Positions 16,776 to 26,874 of a stretch of 33,717 bases of DNA are shown here, one piece after another. Origin of the DNA: Chloroflexi bacterium TMED70 (lineage in GTDB: Bacteria > Chloroflexota > Dehalococcoidia > Lucifugimonadales > Lucifugimonadaceae); NCBI GenBank assembly GCA_002171675.1, contig NHDX01000014.1, positions 92,750-126,466 of the forward strand. The letters are read 5' to 3'. The notes beneath the pieces were generated by a model. The model was given only the letters and a program-made list of their open reading frames with translations, did no database searches and had not been told where the DNA came from. Position numbers and translations under genes: made by a program. The stretch's first letter is position 1. Each line of letters begins with the position of its first letter.

Positions 16776-17541
16776 ATGCATGCAATTTCAAAAATTATCA
16801 TTAATTCTATAGAAAATAATAAAAAGATTATTATTCCAAAATATCTTAAGGATAAACTCACTATTTCTGAAGGATATTACATACAAAATGAAGTTAATAA
16901 TTTTTTTTCGATCAATAATATTTTTAAAGGATGGAAAATTGGATGCACAACTCCAGTAATGCAAAAATATTTAGGAATTCCTAATCCATGCTTGGGAAAA
17001 GTAAGGGCAAAAAATTTATTTGAAGGAGATACAAAACTTAAATTCGAAAATTTTTCTAATCCTGGAGTTGAATGTGAAATAGCTGTAATTTTGAGTGATG
17101 AATATGATTATAAAAAAAAAATATGACAACTTAGAAGATCTAATTTCAAAAGTTGTATCTTCTATAGAAGTTGTGGATGATAGATGGCCAAATTATAAAA
17201 AAGAGAGTACTCCTTTACTAATAGCTGATAATTTTTTTTCATCAACGATCGTACATAGCATAGGAGTAGACAAAATAGATTTAAATTCTCTAAAAAATCT
17301 CAAGGGAAAGATGAAGGTCAATAACAAAATTATTGGTAATGGTGAAGGTAAAGATATTTTAGAAGATCCATTAAATGCTCTGAAATGGTTCCTTGAATTT
17401 AATTTTGAGCAAAATAATGCGCCGCAATCAGGTGATTTGATCTCATTAGGATCCTTAGTTAAAACTTACTGGGTTTCTAAAAATGACACAATTACAGTTG
17501 ATATTGAAGAATTAGGAAAAATAGAAGCTAAATTTATTTAA
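16776..17541 (+). pseudogene. 2-keto-4-pentenoate hydratase / MhpD-HpcG family (FAH fold) gene split by a frameshift in an A10 tract
   Basis: ORFs 16776..17126 (GWKIGCTTPVMQKYLGIPNPCLGKV...ECEIAVIL) and 17095..17541 (IEVVDDRW...LIADNFF...GNGEGKDILEDPLNALKWFLEF...GDLISLGSL) are the N- and C-halves of one roughly 260-aa hydratase. They are in frames 0 and +1 and switch at the A10 run 17112..17121. Removing one A gives a continuous ...DEYDYKKKYDNLEDL... protein. Confidence 0.75.
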
Positions 17542-17554
17542 TAGGAGGGAAATT

Positions 17555-18718
17555 ATGATTATTAAGAGTATAAAAACATTTATTGCTAATCCAGGGAAAA
17601 ATGAGATTAAAGATAAGGCATTTGGCAAAAATCTTATTTTTATAAAATTAGAAACTGATGACGGCATTATTGGATGGGGAGAGTGTTATTCTCAGAGTGA
17701 TAGGGATGAACAAATTACATCTCACGTAAAAAAATTAGAGCCTTACATTATAGGATACGATCCAATAAATATTAGAAACTTTGTTTTAGGAGCGTACAGA
17801 GATTTTTCAAATAAAAGACCATCAATGGATCTATGGTGTGCTATAAGTGGTATAGAGATTGCTATGTGGGATATTTTAGGTAAGTATTTCAATCAACCTG
17901 TTTATAATTTATTGGGTGGAAAAGTAAGAGATAAAATAAAAGTATATGCAAATGGATGGGCAAAAGATTTAGAAGAAAACTCGCTATCTAATAACGCAAT
18001 AGATATGGTGAAAAACAGAGGATTTACGGCATTAAAATTTGATCCATTTTCAGGACCATGGGAAGAATGGCCCGAAGATGAAATTATTAATCAGGCAGTT
18101 GATAGAGTTAAAACTGTTAGAGAGTCAGTTGGACCTACTATTGACATATTGATTGAAGTTCATAGAAGGTTATCAATTTCTAAAGCTCAAATTTTCTCAA
18201 ATAAAATAGAGAAATATAATCCTTTTTGGATTGAGGAGCCATGTATCTCTGAAAACTTGGATGCTATTAAGGAAGTAAAAAATTCTACTATAATTCCAGT
18301 AGTTACTGGAGAAGCCTTATATTCTAGAAATATGTTTCGAGAAGTTATGATGACAGGTTGTGCAGACATTATTAATCCTGATATTTGCAATACTGGAGGA
18401 ATACTTGAATTAAGTCTAATTGCTTCAATGGCTGAAACTTTTTCTATAGGAGTTTCCCCTCACGGTTGGAACTCTACAGGAGTAGGCGCTTCAGCTGCAT
18501 TAGCTGTTTCTGCAACAATGAACAACTTTATAATTTATGAATACATGGTGCATGTTGAAGAGTTTTCAAAGAAAATAACTAAGAATCATCCTATAGTTGA
18601 AGATAGTTATATAGAATTGAGTACTTTACCTGGTTTATCAACAGAAATAGAAGAGAGCAATTTAACTTTCTATGATGGTGGGAATAATCAAAAAAGAAGT
18701 TTTGGAAACCTAAATTAA
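17555..18718 (+). CDS. Enolase-superfamily enzyme (mandelate racemase/muconate lactonizing family; sugar-acid dehydratase-like)
   Basis: 387 aa. GWGECY near the N-terminus, the metal-ligand region WIEEPC, LKFDPF and a TIM-barrel-like spacing. A strong SD (AGGAGGG) lies 6 nt upstream of the ATG. Confidence 0.8.
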   Translation: MIIKSIKTFIANPGKNEIKDKAFGKNLIFIKLETDDGIIGWGECYSQSDRDEQITSHVKKLEPYIIGYDPINIRNFVLGAYRDFSNKRPSMDLWCAISGIEIAMWDILGKYFNQPVYNLLGGKVRDKIKVYANGWAKDLEENSLSNNAIDMVKNRGFTALKFDPFSGPWEEWPEDEIINQAVDRVKTVRESVGPTIDILIEVHRRLSISKAQIFSNKIEKYNPFWIEEPCISENLDAIKEVKNSTIIPVVTGEALYSRNMFREVMMTGCADIINPDICNTGGILELSLIASMAETFSIGVSPHGWNSTGVGASAALAVSATMNNFIIYEYMVHVEEFSKKITKNHPIVEDSYIELSTLPGLSTEIEESNLTFYDGGNNQKRSFGNLN

Positions 18719-21045
18719 GACTTAATTATTTTTTGAAAAGTAGATCTTTTCTTAATTTGATCCCAATTCCATAATTGAGGAATAGTTTTTCCATCTGCCC
18801 ATAGTTCTAATTGATCATAATAATGATTTGAACCAGGGTTGCCAGAGCTTCCTAATGGAACAATCCATCTACTATTTTCCCAGTTACTTGGATCATGAGC
18901 ATATCTATTAACTGATGCAGCTGTAATCTTAAAATTTTTATCATAGCTTCCAGCTAAAGGAGTATCTCCATCTCCACTTGCAGCTACTTTTTTTGGATTT
19001 AAGATTTCTGAATATTCATTAAATTCTGAACTTAAGGGATGTATGTGATTAGTAGTATGTAGTTTACCTAATTTCCAATCTGAAATATCATTACCAAATT
19101 TTTCATTCAAAAAAGAAACAGCATCAATAAATGAATTTACTAATAAGTCTTTCCATGAAGAATTTCCAATCAAGAAGCTGTTCTCCAAACCAATATTTTC
19201 ATTTATTAATGGAGCTAAAAATCTCCTAACATGAGATACTCCACCAACATTATTCCAATTGATTATCTCATCACTTAATGAACCGTAATTTAATGAAATT
19301 ATTTTTTCTATAAGTTTCTCTTTCATCACCAAATAAATACATGCTTCAAAACTTTCTTTATCAATCTCAAAATCCCAATTGATAAGAGCTTCAAAAGAAT
19401 TTATTTCAATTTCAGAAAAATCAATCTTAGTGATATCTAATGTTCTTAAGAAAATGATCATCTTTTCTGCAGGAATGGAGAATTTTTGGTTATGCATCTC
19501 AAGCATATTTTCTATTCCCATTTTATCTTTACATTTATTGATATATTCAACTAAAACTTTAGCCCTATATTCAGGAGCAAAAGCCACTGACATAAAATGT
19601 GGATAGTCAGCATCAACTACTTTTTGATTACATGTAACAACCCATCCTATTTCAGGATTTCTAAGTCGAGGCAATGCATCTCTTGGCACTTCTTGATTTA
19701 CAATATTGTTAGAATCCCAGCCTTTAGCTATACCCCAATGATGTTGTGGATTTCTAATAGGAACAGCTCCTGCAAATTTATATCCAAAATTTTTATTTTT
19801 ATCTGCATATGGATAATTATTAGTTCGATCAGTCCATTTATCAAAAGCATATTCAAGTTCATCAGCTGAATTTGAAACCATTGCTTCATAAGCTGAATCA
19901 ATCCAAAATGTTCCTTCAGATTTTCCACCCGGATCAGATAAAGATAATCCTAAACCTTCACTTGGATCTCCAAAAATTATATTACCATTATAAGTTTCTA
20001 TTACATCAACATCTATTGATTCAGAATTTCTAGGATTAATCTGCTTAATTGAATTTTTACTATTTATCCATTCATTTTCATAAAAAAATTGAATTTTATT
20101 ATCCGAATATCTAAGTTTCTCCAAAAATAAATCTTGTGTATCAGCCCCACCATGAGTCATTCCCCAAGCTACGTTTTGATTATGAGAGAAATGCATAAAT
20201 CCAGGATATCCTGGGATGGTATGCCCCATTCCTTCAAAATCGTCACATTTTAGATGGATTTGATAATAAACATTTGGTGTATCAAGAAATCTATGAGAAT
20301 CACCTCCAACCAGAGGAAAACCTGACTTAGTTTTTTCGCCAGATATTGACCATCCATTTGATTCGCCTTCAATAGCTCCTATTGATTGAAAATTTTGACC
20401 AGCCTCTGTTAATTCTTTTACCGCATTTTCAATTTCACCAGTGTATTTATCTCCTGGTGGTAAAGTTAACAATGCCCCAGGGAAATAACCTGGAATAAGT
20501 TTTGCTGCTTTTTCTGGACCTATTTCATTAGCTAATTGGGAGTAAAAAAGCTTACCATTAAAGGATCCTTCAGCAGCATTTCTAATCTTATATACTAAAA
20601 CTGAATGCCAATTTTCCCATGGCTCTGGTTCAACATTAAGCAATTGATATTCAAATGGCAGGTTATCAAGATTACTTAAGTAATAGTTAACACCTTCTGT
20701 AAATGATTCAATCATTTGTTGTGCACTAGAAGAAGCTTTTTTCAAATCTTCTTTTGCGACTATTTCAAAATTTCTTTTTACATTTAATTTATCATTCGAA
20801 ATAGCCTTTTTACCTAAATATTCAGAGGATCTTCCTAAGCATCTTAATCTATCAAGATCCATTTGAAATAATCTATCTTGTGAAATAGTAATTCCTTGCG
20901 CAAAAAAAAGATCATTTGAATCTTTTGCATTTATATGAGGAATACCCCAGTCATCACGATATATAGATATGTCATTATGAATTAAACTTGATGATATCTT
21001 TATACTTTTATTATAATCAGGTAAAAATTCTTTAGGATCTAACAT
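18715..21045 (-). CDS. Penicillin acylase-family Ntn hydrolase (peptidase S45), no evident signal peptide
   Basis: 776 aa. RDDWGIPHINA, AQGITISQDRLFQMDLDRL and the autoprocessing/nucleophile site GESNGWSISG...PLVGGDSH are typical of S45 acylases. The N-terminus MLDPKEFLPDYNKS has no hydrophobic or basic leader. Confidence 0.85.
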   Translation of the reverse strand: MLDPKEFLPDYNKSIKISSSLIHNDISIYRDDWGIPHINAKDSNDLFFAQGITISQDRLFQMDLDRLRCLGRSSEYLGKKAISNDKLNVKRNFEIVAKEDLKKASSSAQQMIESFTEGVNYYLSNLDNLPFEYQLLNVEPEPWENWHSVLVYKIRNAAEGSFNGKLFYSQLANEIGPEKAAKLIPGYFPGALLTLPPGDKYTGEIENAVKELTEAGQNFQSIGAIEGESNGWSISGEKTKSGFPLVGGDSHRFLDTPNVYYQIHLKCDDFEGMGHTIPGYPGFMHFSHNQNVAWGMTHGGADTQDLFLEKLRYSDNKIQFFYENEWINSKNSIKQINPRNSESIDVDVIETYNGNIIFGDPSEGLGLSLSDPGGKSEGTFWIDSAYEAMVSNSADELEYAFDKWTDRTNNYPYADKNKNFGYKFAGAVPIRNPQHHWGIAKGWDSNNIVNQEVPRDALPRLRNPEIGWVVTCNQKVVDADYPHFMSVAFAPEYRAKVLVEYINKCKDKMGIENMLEMHNQKFSIPAEKMIIFLRTLDITKIDFSEIEINSFEALINWDFEIDKESFEACIYLVMKEKLIEKIISLNYGSLSDEIINWNNVGGVSHVRRFLAPLINENIGLENSFLIGNSSWKDLLVNSFIDAVSFLNEKFGNDISDWKLGKLHTTNHIHPLSSEFNEYSEILNPKKVAASGDGDTPLAGSYDKNFKITAASVNRYAHDPSNWENSRWIVPLGSSGNPGSNHYYDQLELWADGKTIPQLWNWDQIKKRSTFQKIIKS

Positions 21046-21047
21046 CT

Positions 21048-22169
21048 TTATTTTGGACCACTAGAAATAATACCCGCTACTAAGTCTCCCATTTGACTTG
21101 TAGATAACTTATGATCCTGTTCACCAGCTATATCAATAGTTCTATATCCTTCAGAAATAATTTTATTGATAGCATTTTCTATTTCATCAGCTTCTTCATG
21201 TAAGCCAAAAGACCATCTCAACATCAAAGATGCTGATAAAAATGATGCTACAGGATTGGCAATATTATGACCTGCTATGTCTGGTGCTGATCCATGAATA
21301 GGCTCATATAAAGCTGGTCTACCTCTTCTACCTCGTCTTTTACCAGGAGGTGGAGGAGAAGATGCTAGGCTTGCAGATGGAAGCATTCCCATCGATCCTG
21401 TTATAACCGATGCTTCATCAGATAAAATGTCACCTAGGCTGTTTTCGGTCACAATAACATCAAATTCAGAAGGATTTGTTATTATTTTCATTGCAGCATT
21501 ATCAGCTAACATATGAATCAACTCGACTTCTGGGTAATCTCTTGCTACCTCGTTAGCTATTTCTCTCCATAATCTTCCTGTTTCCAAAACATTCATTTTG
21601 TCCAAAGAATGCAATCTTTTTCTTCTAGATTTAGCAAGTTCAAAAGCAACTCTTACTACTCTAGCTATTTCTTTTTCAGAGTAAGCTAAAGTATCAACAG
21701 CACGTCTTCCTCGAGTACTTGCACTTCTTCTTTTAGGTCTACCAAAATATAATCCACCAGTTAATTCTCTTACAATAACAAAGTCAACACCGTCTAAATA
21801 TTCAGGTCTTAGAGGACTTGAATGTATTAATTCTGGATAAACTTTAACTGGTCTCATATTTGCATATAAACCCAATCTTTTTCTTAATGCCAAAATAGCA
21901 TCTTCTGGCCTTACGTCGGCACTTGGATTATCCCATTTAGGACCACCAACTGCTCCAAATAAAATAGCATCTGAACCTAAAGCTAAATTCATAGACTCAG
22001 AAGGAATTGGGTTGTTATATTTGTCTATAGCAGCCCCACCAACTAATGCATGAATGAATTCAAAATTATGATCAAACTTTCTACAAATAGCTTCAAGAAC
22101 TTTCATAGATTCTGTTGTAACTTCTTTACCTACTCCATCTCCAGCTAATACGCAAACTCTTGCTTCCAT
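21048..22169 (-). CDS. leuB: 3-isopropylmalate dehydrogenase
   Basis: 373 aa. Contains VRELTGGLYFG, NSLGDILSDEASVITGSMGMLPSASL, YEPIHGSAPDIAG and NPVASFLSASLMLR. A GGAGGA SD lies upstream. Confidence 0.96.
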   Translation of the reverse strand: MEARVCVLAGDGVGKEVTTESMKVLEAICRKFDHNFEFIHALVGGAAIDKYNNPIPSESMNLALGSDAILFGAVGGPKWDNPSADVRPEDAILALRKRLGLYANMRPVKVYPELIHSSPLRPEYLDGVDFVIVRELTGGLYFGRPKRRSASTRGRRAVDTLAYSEKEIARVVRVAFELAKSRRKRLHSLDKMNVLETGRLWREIANEVARDYPEVELIHMLADNAAMKIITNPSEFDVIVTENSLGDILSDEASVITGSMGMLPSASLASSPPPPGKRRGRRGRPALYEPIHGSAPDIAGHNIANPVASFLSASLMLRWSFGLHEEADEIENAINKIISEGYRTIDIAGEQDHKLSTSQMGDLVAGIISSGPK

Positions 22170-22234
22170 GGTTCCTCCAAAAATTGTCCTAAATTCTATT
22201 TTATCAACTTTTAATAGAATTTTGAATTAATTGA

Positions 22235-22825
22235 TTATTTTAGTGTGTTTCTTTCAAATTTTTCTATTTCTTCATCAAACTGAAGAGTTATACCAATATC
22301 ATCTAATCCTTCCAAAATAGAATCTTTTCTAAATTGATCAAAATCAAAAGTTTCTTCAAATCCAAAATCATCAAAAACTTTTTGATTTTCAAGATCTACA
22401 GTTATTTTATAAGCATCCATCTTTATAGAATTTGTCATGATTCTATCTACATTTTCACTAGATAATTGAACTGTAATTAAGCCATTTTGCATACAATTAT
22501 TTCTAAAAATATCAGCAAAACTTGTCGAAATAATAACCTTAAATCCATATTCAGATAATGCCCAAGGTGCATGCTCTCGACTTGAACCTGAACCAAAATT
22601 AGGTCCTGCAACTAATACCGATGCTTTAGAATATTTGGGATGATTAAGGATAAAATCTGGATTTGGGACTCCATCTTCTAAATATCTCCAATCATAAAAT
22701 GCAAATTTACCAAAACCTGTTCTTTCTATTCTCTTAAGAAATTGTTTTGGAATTATTTGGTCTGTATCAACATTTACTCTATCTAATGGAGCAACTATTC
22801 CTTCGTGCTTAACAAATTTTTCCAT
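22235..22825 (-). CDS. leuD: 3-isopropylmalate dehydratase small subunit
   Basis: 196 aa. Contains VNVDTDQIIPKQFL, GPNFGSGSSREHAPWAL and SFADIFRNN. Confidence 0.96.
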   Translation of the reverse strand: MEKFVKHEGIVAPLDRVNVDTDQIIPKQFLKRIERTGFGKFAFYDWRYLEDGVPNPDFILNHPKYSKASVLVAGPNFGSGSSREHAPWALSEYGFKVIISTSFADIFRNNCMQNGLITVQLSSENVDRIMTNSIKMDAYKITVDLENQKVFDDFGFEETFDFDQFRKDSILEGLDDIGITLQFDEEIEKFERNTLK

Positions 22826-22842
22826 TTTTTCTTTCCTTTCTT

Positions 22843-23889
22843 TTAATCTTCAAGGGGATCTATTTCAATAGATCCTTCTTTAATATTTTTTATTTCTTGC
22901 AATTTATAAACTTCTACAACCATTAAAATTGTCAATATACATAAAATCCCTAGAATTATAGAAGAAAAATACATTAATCTTGTTGCTTCTAAAAATTCAC
23001 TTAAGTTTTCTGATTTGTATCCCCACAATCTAGTTATGGTTGAAGGATTATACAAACAGCTAAAAAATAAAATTACAAACCAAACTTTAAATTTATTTGG
23101 GAAAATACTCCAAGCAGTTCCTTTTTTAAAATCTTTTGAGAAACTTCCTAAATAAATTTCTTTAAATACTTTATAAATTCTAAAGCTTAAAAACAAAGTA
23201 GGCAAAAAAATTAATCCAAAAACAACCATATCATTACTGCTTATCCATCTTGAAACAAATATAAATATAAAATATAGAAAAATAGCAAAATAAATCCATA
23301 CAATTGATTTTTCAGCAGAAATATTAGAAACATATCTTAGAGTTTTTATATTTCTAATAGCCCTATGAAAAAAAGTTCCTAGAGGAAAAAATAGTAAAAA
23401 CAACAATAGAAACTGTATAACAAATATCAGTTGAGAATTTGATTGAGTGGAATTCATTTGATCAACATAAGATAAAGGCTCATCGCATATACCTTCTAAT
23501 AATTTCTTTGGATTTTTTGAGTTACAACTAGAAAAATTTTCTTTTTCAGAAAATTCCAATATAGAATCAAAATCTAATGTATTTGATGGAGGGATATTTA
23601 CTATCCCATCATAAATCCAAGTTTCATATTTTTGTTCATTACTTCTTTCTATAAAGAACATGGAAATACATAAAATAAATGATAAAAGTGATAAGAAGGT
23701 TATGAATCTTAAAGGATTTATATTAGTTTCAAATCCATATTTTTTATAAAAATTATTTCTTGCATTATCTAGCTCTTTTTTTGAACCAAAAATCCTTGAA
23801 AGTAAACTTACTTGATTATTTTCACTATTTTCAGTTAAGCGTGTAAGACTTGAAGGTTTTTGAAATTTTTTTTTATTCTTAGAACTCAA
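22843..23889 (-). CDS. Hypothetical polytopic membrane protein inserted between leuC and leuD (possibly DUF4328-like; uncertain)
   Basis: 348 aa. Basic Lys-rich N-terminus, about 6 hydrophobic spans, and a roughly 75-aa loop with 2 Cys after the first span. The longest ORF begins with TTG at 23889, and the next in-frame Met is about residue 77. It starts 6 nt after the leuC stop and ends 17 nt before the leuD start. Confidence 0.6.
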   Translation of the reverse strand: MSSKNKKKFQKPSSLTRLTENSENNQVSLLSRIFGSKKELDNARNNFYKKYGFETNINPLRFITFLSLLSFILCISMFFIERSNEQKYETWIYDGIVNIPPSNTLDFDSILEFSEKENFSSCNSKNPKKLLEGICDEPLSYVDQMNSTQSNSQLIFVIQFLLLFLLFFPLGTFFHRAIRNIKTLRYVSNISAEKSIVWIYFAIFLYFIFIFVSRWISSNDMVVFGLIFLPTLFLSFRIYKVFKEIYLGSFSKDFKKGTAWSIFPNKFKVWFVILFFSCLYNPSTITRLWGYKSENLSEFLEATRLMYFSSIILGILCILTILMVVEVYKLQEIKNIKEGSIEIDPLED

Positions 23890-23895
23890 AAAAAC

Positions 23896-25299
23896 CTACC
23901 AATCTCTAACATCAACAAAATGGCCTTCAATTGCCGCTGCAGCAGCCATTTCAGGACTTACAAGATGAGTTCTGCCTCCTTTACCTTGCCTTCCTTCAAA
24001 ATTTCTATTAGAAGTAGACGCACACCTTTCTCCTGGAGCAATTATGTCAGGATTCATACCAAGACACATTGAGCAACCTGATTCTCTCCATTCAAATCCA
24101 GAATCTTTAAAAATCTTGTCTAGTCCTTCTTTTTCAGCTTGTAATTTCGTTACTGTTGATCCAGGCATAATCTGAGCTCTAACTTTCGAGTTTACTTTTT
24201 TACCTTCAACAATTTTTGCTGCACTTCTAAGATCTGTAATACGAGCATTAGTACACGAACCAATAAAAACTCTATCTAATTCTATGTCTTCAATTTTTGT
24301 TCCTGGCTTAAGCCCCATATAATCAAGAGCATTATTACAAGATTGAGATTCAAGGACTTCTTCATAATCGTCTGGTGATGGGATTGAAGATGAAACGGGT
24401 AACACTTGAGAAGGATTAGTTCCCCATGAAACATGAGGTTCTAAATTGTCACAGTCTACTTCTATGTATGAATCAAATTCTGCTCCATCATCTGTTTGAA
24501 GTTCATTCCATTCTTCTACAGCTTTTTCCCAATCATTACCTTTAGGGACCTTGTTTCTACCCTTCATCCATTCATATGTAATTTCATCTGGTGCAATCAT
24601 ACCTGCTCTTGCTCCTGCTTCTATAGACATATTGCATATAGTCATTCGACCTTCCATAGAAAGATTTCTAATTGCATTGCCTGTATATTCCATAACGTAA
24701 CCAGTACCACCAGCTGTTCCTATTTGCCCTATGAGTTTCAAAACCATATCTTTAGCTGTAACACCTTTTTTTAGATTACCTTTAAAGTCTACTTTCATCG
24801 TTTTTGGTTTTCTTTGTCTAAGAGTTTGCGTAGCTAAAACATGTTCAACTTCTGAAGTTCCAATTCCAAAAGCTAAAGATCCAAAAGCACCATGAGTTGA
24901 GGTGTGAGAATCTCCACATACTATAGTCATTCCAGGTTGCGTATAGCCTTGTTCAGGACCAATTACATGAACAATTCCTTGCTCTTCATCCCAAACATCA
25001 AATAATGTTATTCCATTTGATTTACAGTTTTCTCTGATAGTTTCAACTTGTTTTCTAGCAATTTCATCTTTTATTTCTAATGTTCTAGTGTCATCAGTAG
25101 TAATATTATGGTCGACTGTAGCAATTGTTAAATCTGGCCTTCTGACCTTTCTATTACTTAATCTCAATCCTTCAAATGCCTGAGGTGATGTTACTTCGTG
25201 AACCAAATGTAAATCAATATAAAGAATTACCGGTTGATCTTTAGGTTCTGCAACCAAGTGTTTTTGCCATATTTTTTCAAACATAGTAAGTTTTGCCAT
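23896..25299 (-). CDS. leuC: 3-isopropylmalate dehydratase large subunit
   Basis: 467 aa. Contains [39 protein letters not shown], and the aconitase-family Cys ligands in [11 protein letters not shown]...NRNFEGRQG. Confidence 0.97.
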   Translation of the reverse strand: MAKLTMFEKIWQKHLVAEPKDQPVILYIDLHLVHEVTSPQAFEGLRLSNRKVRRPDLTIATVDHNITTDDTRTLEIKDEIARKQVETIRENCKSNGITLFDVWDEEQGIVHVIGPEQGYTQPGMTIVCGDSHTSTHGAFGSLAFGIGTSEVEHVLATQTLRQRKPKTMKVDFKGNLKKGVTAKDMVLKLIGQIGTAGGTGYVMEYTGNAIRNLSMEGRMTICNMSIEAGARAGMIAPDEITYEWMKGRNKVPKGNDWEKAVEEWNELQTDDGAEFDSYIEVDCDNLEPHVSWGTNPSQVLPVSSSIPSPDDYEEVLESQSCNNALDYMGLKPGTKIEDIELDRVFIGSCTNARITDLRSAAKIVEGKKVNSKVRAQIMPGSTVTKLQAEKEGLDKIFKDSGFEWRESGCSMCLGMNPDIIAPGERCASTSNRNFEGRQGKGGRTHLVSPEMAAAAAIEGHFVDVRDW

Positions 25300-25315
25300 A
25301 ATACTCTCTCCTTTA

Positions 25316-26857
25316 TTAATTTGAAGACTTAATAATCAAATATCTGTTAATTGCATTAACGTACGCCTTTGCACTAGCAAAAATTATATCTGTATCAGAT
25401 CCTTGTCCTGAATAAATTGTCCCATCTTTTTCAATTCTTATAGTTACCTCTCCAAGAGCATCAATCCCCTCCGTTACTGAAGAAACTGAAAATTCAGTAA
25501 GATTTACGTCTTGTTTAGTTATAGAATCAATAGAATTACATACAGCATCAACAGGCCCTGTTCCTGACTTAGAAACACTCTCAGACTCACCATTAGGTAG
25601 TTCCAAAGTAATGGAAGCTACAGGATCTCTTTTGTTCCCACAAACTACATCCAAATCTAAAACCTTAAATCTTTCTGTTGTATCTAATTCTCTATGAAAT
25701 TCACTCATTAAAGATTCAAGATCTTTATCAGTAATTTCTTTTTTTTGGTCGGCTAAATTTTTAAAGCTATTAAAAATCTCTAGTAATTCTTTATCATCTA
25801 CCTTATATCCTAAATATTCTAATCTAGACTTCAAACCAGCTCTGCCTGAAACCTTAGTCAATACAATCGCATCACCTTTCCAACCAACTTCTTCTGGAAG
25901 CATTATTTCAAAAGTTGTTCTTTCTTTAAGAAAAGCATCCTGGTGAATTCCAGATGAATGTCTAAATGCATTTTGACCTGTGACTGCTTTATTGAACTGT
26001 ATTGGGAAACCAAATATATTAGAAATCAGTCTACTAGATGGTCCTATTTCTGGAGTATTTATATCTGTCTCTACTCCATAATGATCAGGCCTAGTTTTTA
26101 CTGCCATAATGACCTCTTCTAAAGCAGCATTTCCAGCTCTTTCTCCTAAACCATTAATGCATCCTTCAATTTGTCTTGCACCATTTTCTAGGGCAGATAA
26201 ACTATTAGCCACAGCCATTCCTAAATCATTATGACAATGAACACTAACAATAGCCTTATCTATATTAGATACATTCTTAAAAACACCAGCAATTAATTCC
26301 CCAAATTCTTGAGGATTAGTATAACCAACCGTATCTGGAATATTAACGGTAGTAGCTCCCGCGGCTATAGCATTTTCTAACATCATGTATAAATATTCTG
26401 GATCTGATCTTGAAGCATCCATTGGGGAAAACTCTACATCTTGTACTGAATCTCTAGCTCTCTTTACAGCATCTATAGCCATTGACATTATAGATTCTCT
26501 ATCTTTCTTCATTTGGTGAAGCATATGTATATCTGAAACCGATAAAAATGTATGAATCCTAGGCTTTGAAGCACCCTTTAAACAATCAATAGCCGAATCT
26601 ATATCTGAAGGTACAGCTCTTGCTAATGTAGCGATAGTTGGTCCTTCAATCTCTAGAGCAATTTTTCTTACTGAAGCAAAATCACCGGGTGAACTAGCAG
26701 CAAAACCAGCCTCAATGATATCAACATTTAGCTTTTGTAACTGCGAAGCGATTCTAAATTTATCTTGGGCAGTTAAAGAAGCTCCCGCTGATTGTTCTCC
26801 ATCACGAAGCGTTGTATCAAAAACTAATAGTTTGTCATTTTTATTATTTTCAACCAT
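25316..26857 (-). CDS. leuA: 2-isopropylmalate synthase
   Basis: 513 aa. Contains [44 protein letters not shown] and the C-terminal LeuA allosteric domain. Confidence 0.95.
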   Translation of the reverse strand: MVENNKNDKLLVFDTTLRDGEQSAGASLTAQDKFRIASQLQKLNVDIIEAGFAASSPGDFASVRKIALEIEGPTIATLARAVPSDIDSAIDCLKGASKPRIHTFLSVSDIHMLHQMKKDRESIMSMAIDAVKRARDSVQDVEFSPMDASRSDPEYLYMMLENAIAAGATTVNIPDTVGYTNPQEFGELIAGVFKNVSNIDKAIVSVHCHNDLGMAVANSLSALENGARQIEGCINGLGERAGNAALEEVIMAVKTRPDHYGVETDINTPEIGPSSRLISNIFGFPIQFNKAVTGQNAFRHSSGIHQDAFLKERTTFEIMLPEEVGWKGDAIVLTKVSGRAGLKSRLEYLGYKVDDKELLEIFNSFKNLADQKKEITDKDLESLMSEFHRELDTTERFKVLDLDVVCGNKRDPVASITLELPNGESESVSKSGTGPVDAVCNSIDSITKQDVNLTEFSVSSVTEGIDALGEVTIRIEKDGTIYSGQGSDTDIIFASAKAYVNAINRYLIIKSSN

Positions 26858-26874
26858 TTATATACTCTCAATAA

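Noticed and set aside
22193-22220. Inverted repeat attctatt-N12-aatagaat in the 65-nt leuD-leuB spacer, considered as an internal terminator or attenuator.
   Set aside because: It has only 8 bp, almost all A-T, with a 12-nt loop and no U-tract. It is too weak to call a structure, and it is the sort of match expected by chance in AT-rich spacers.
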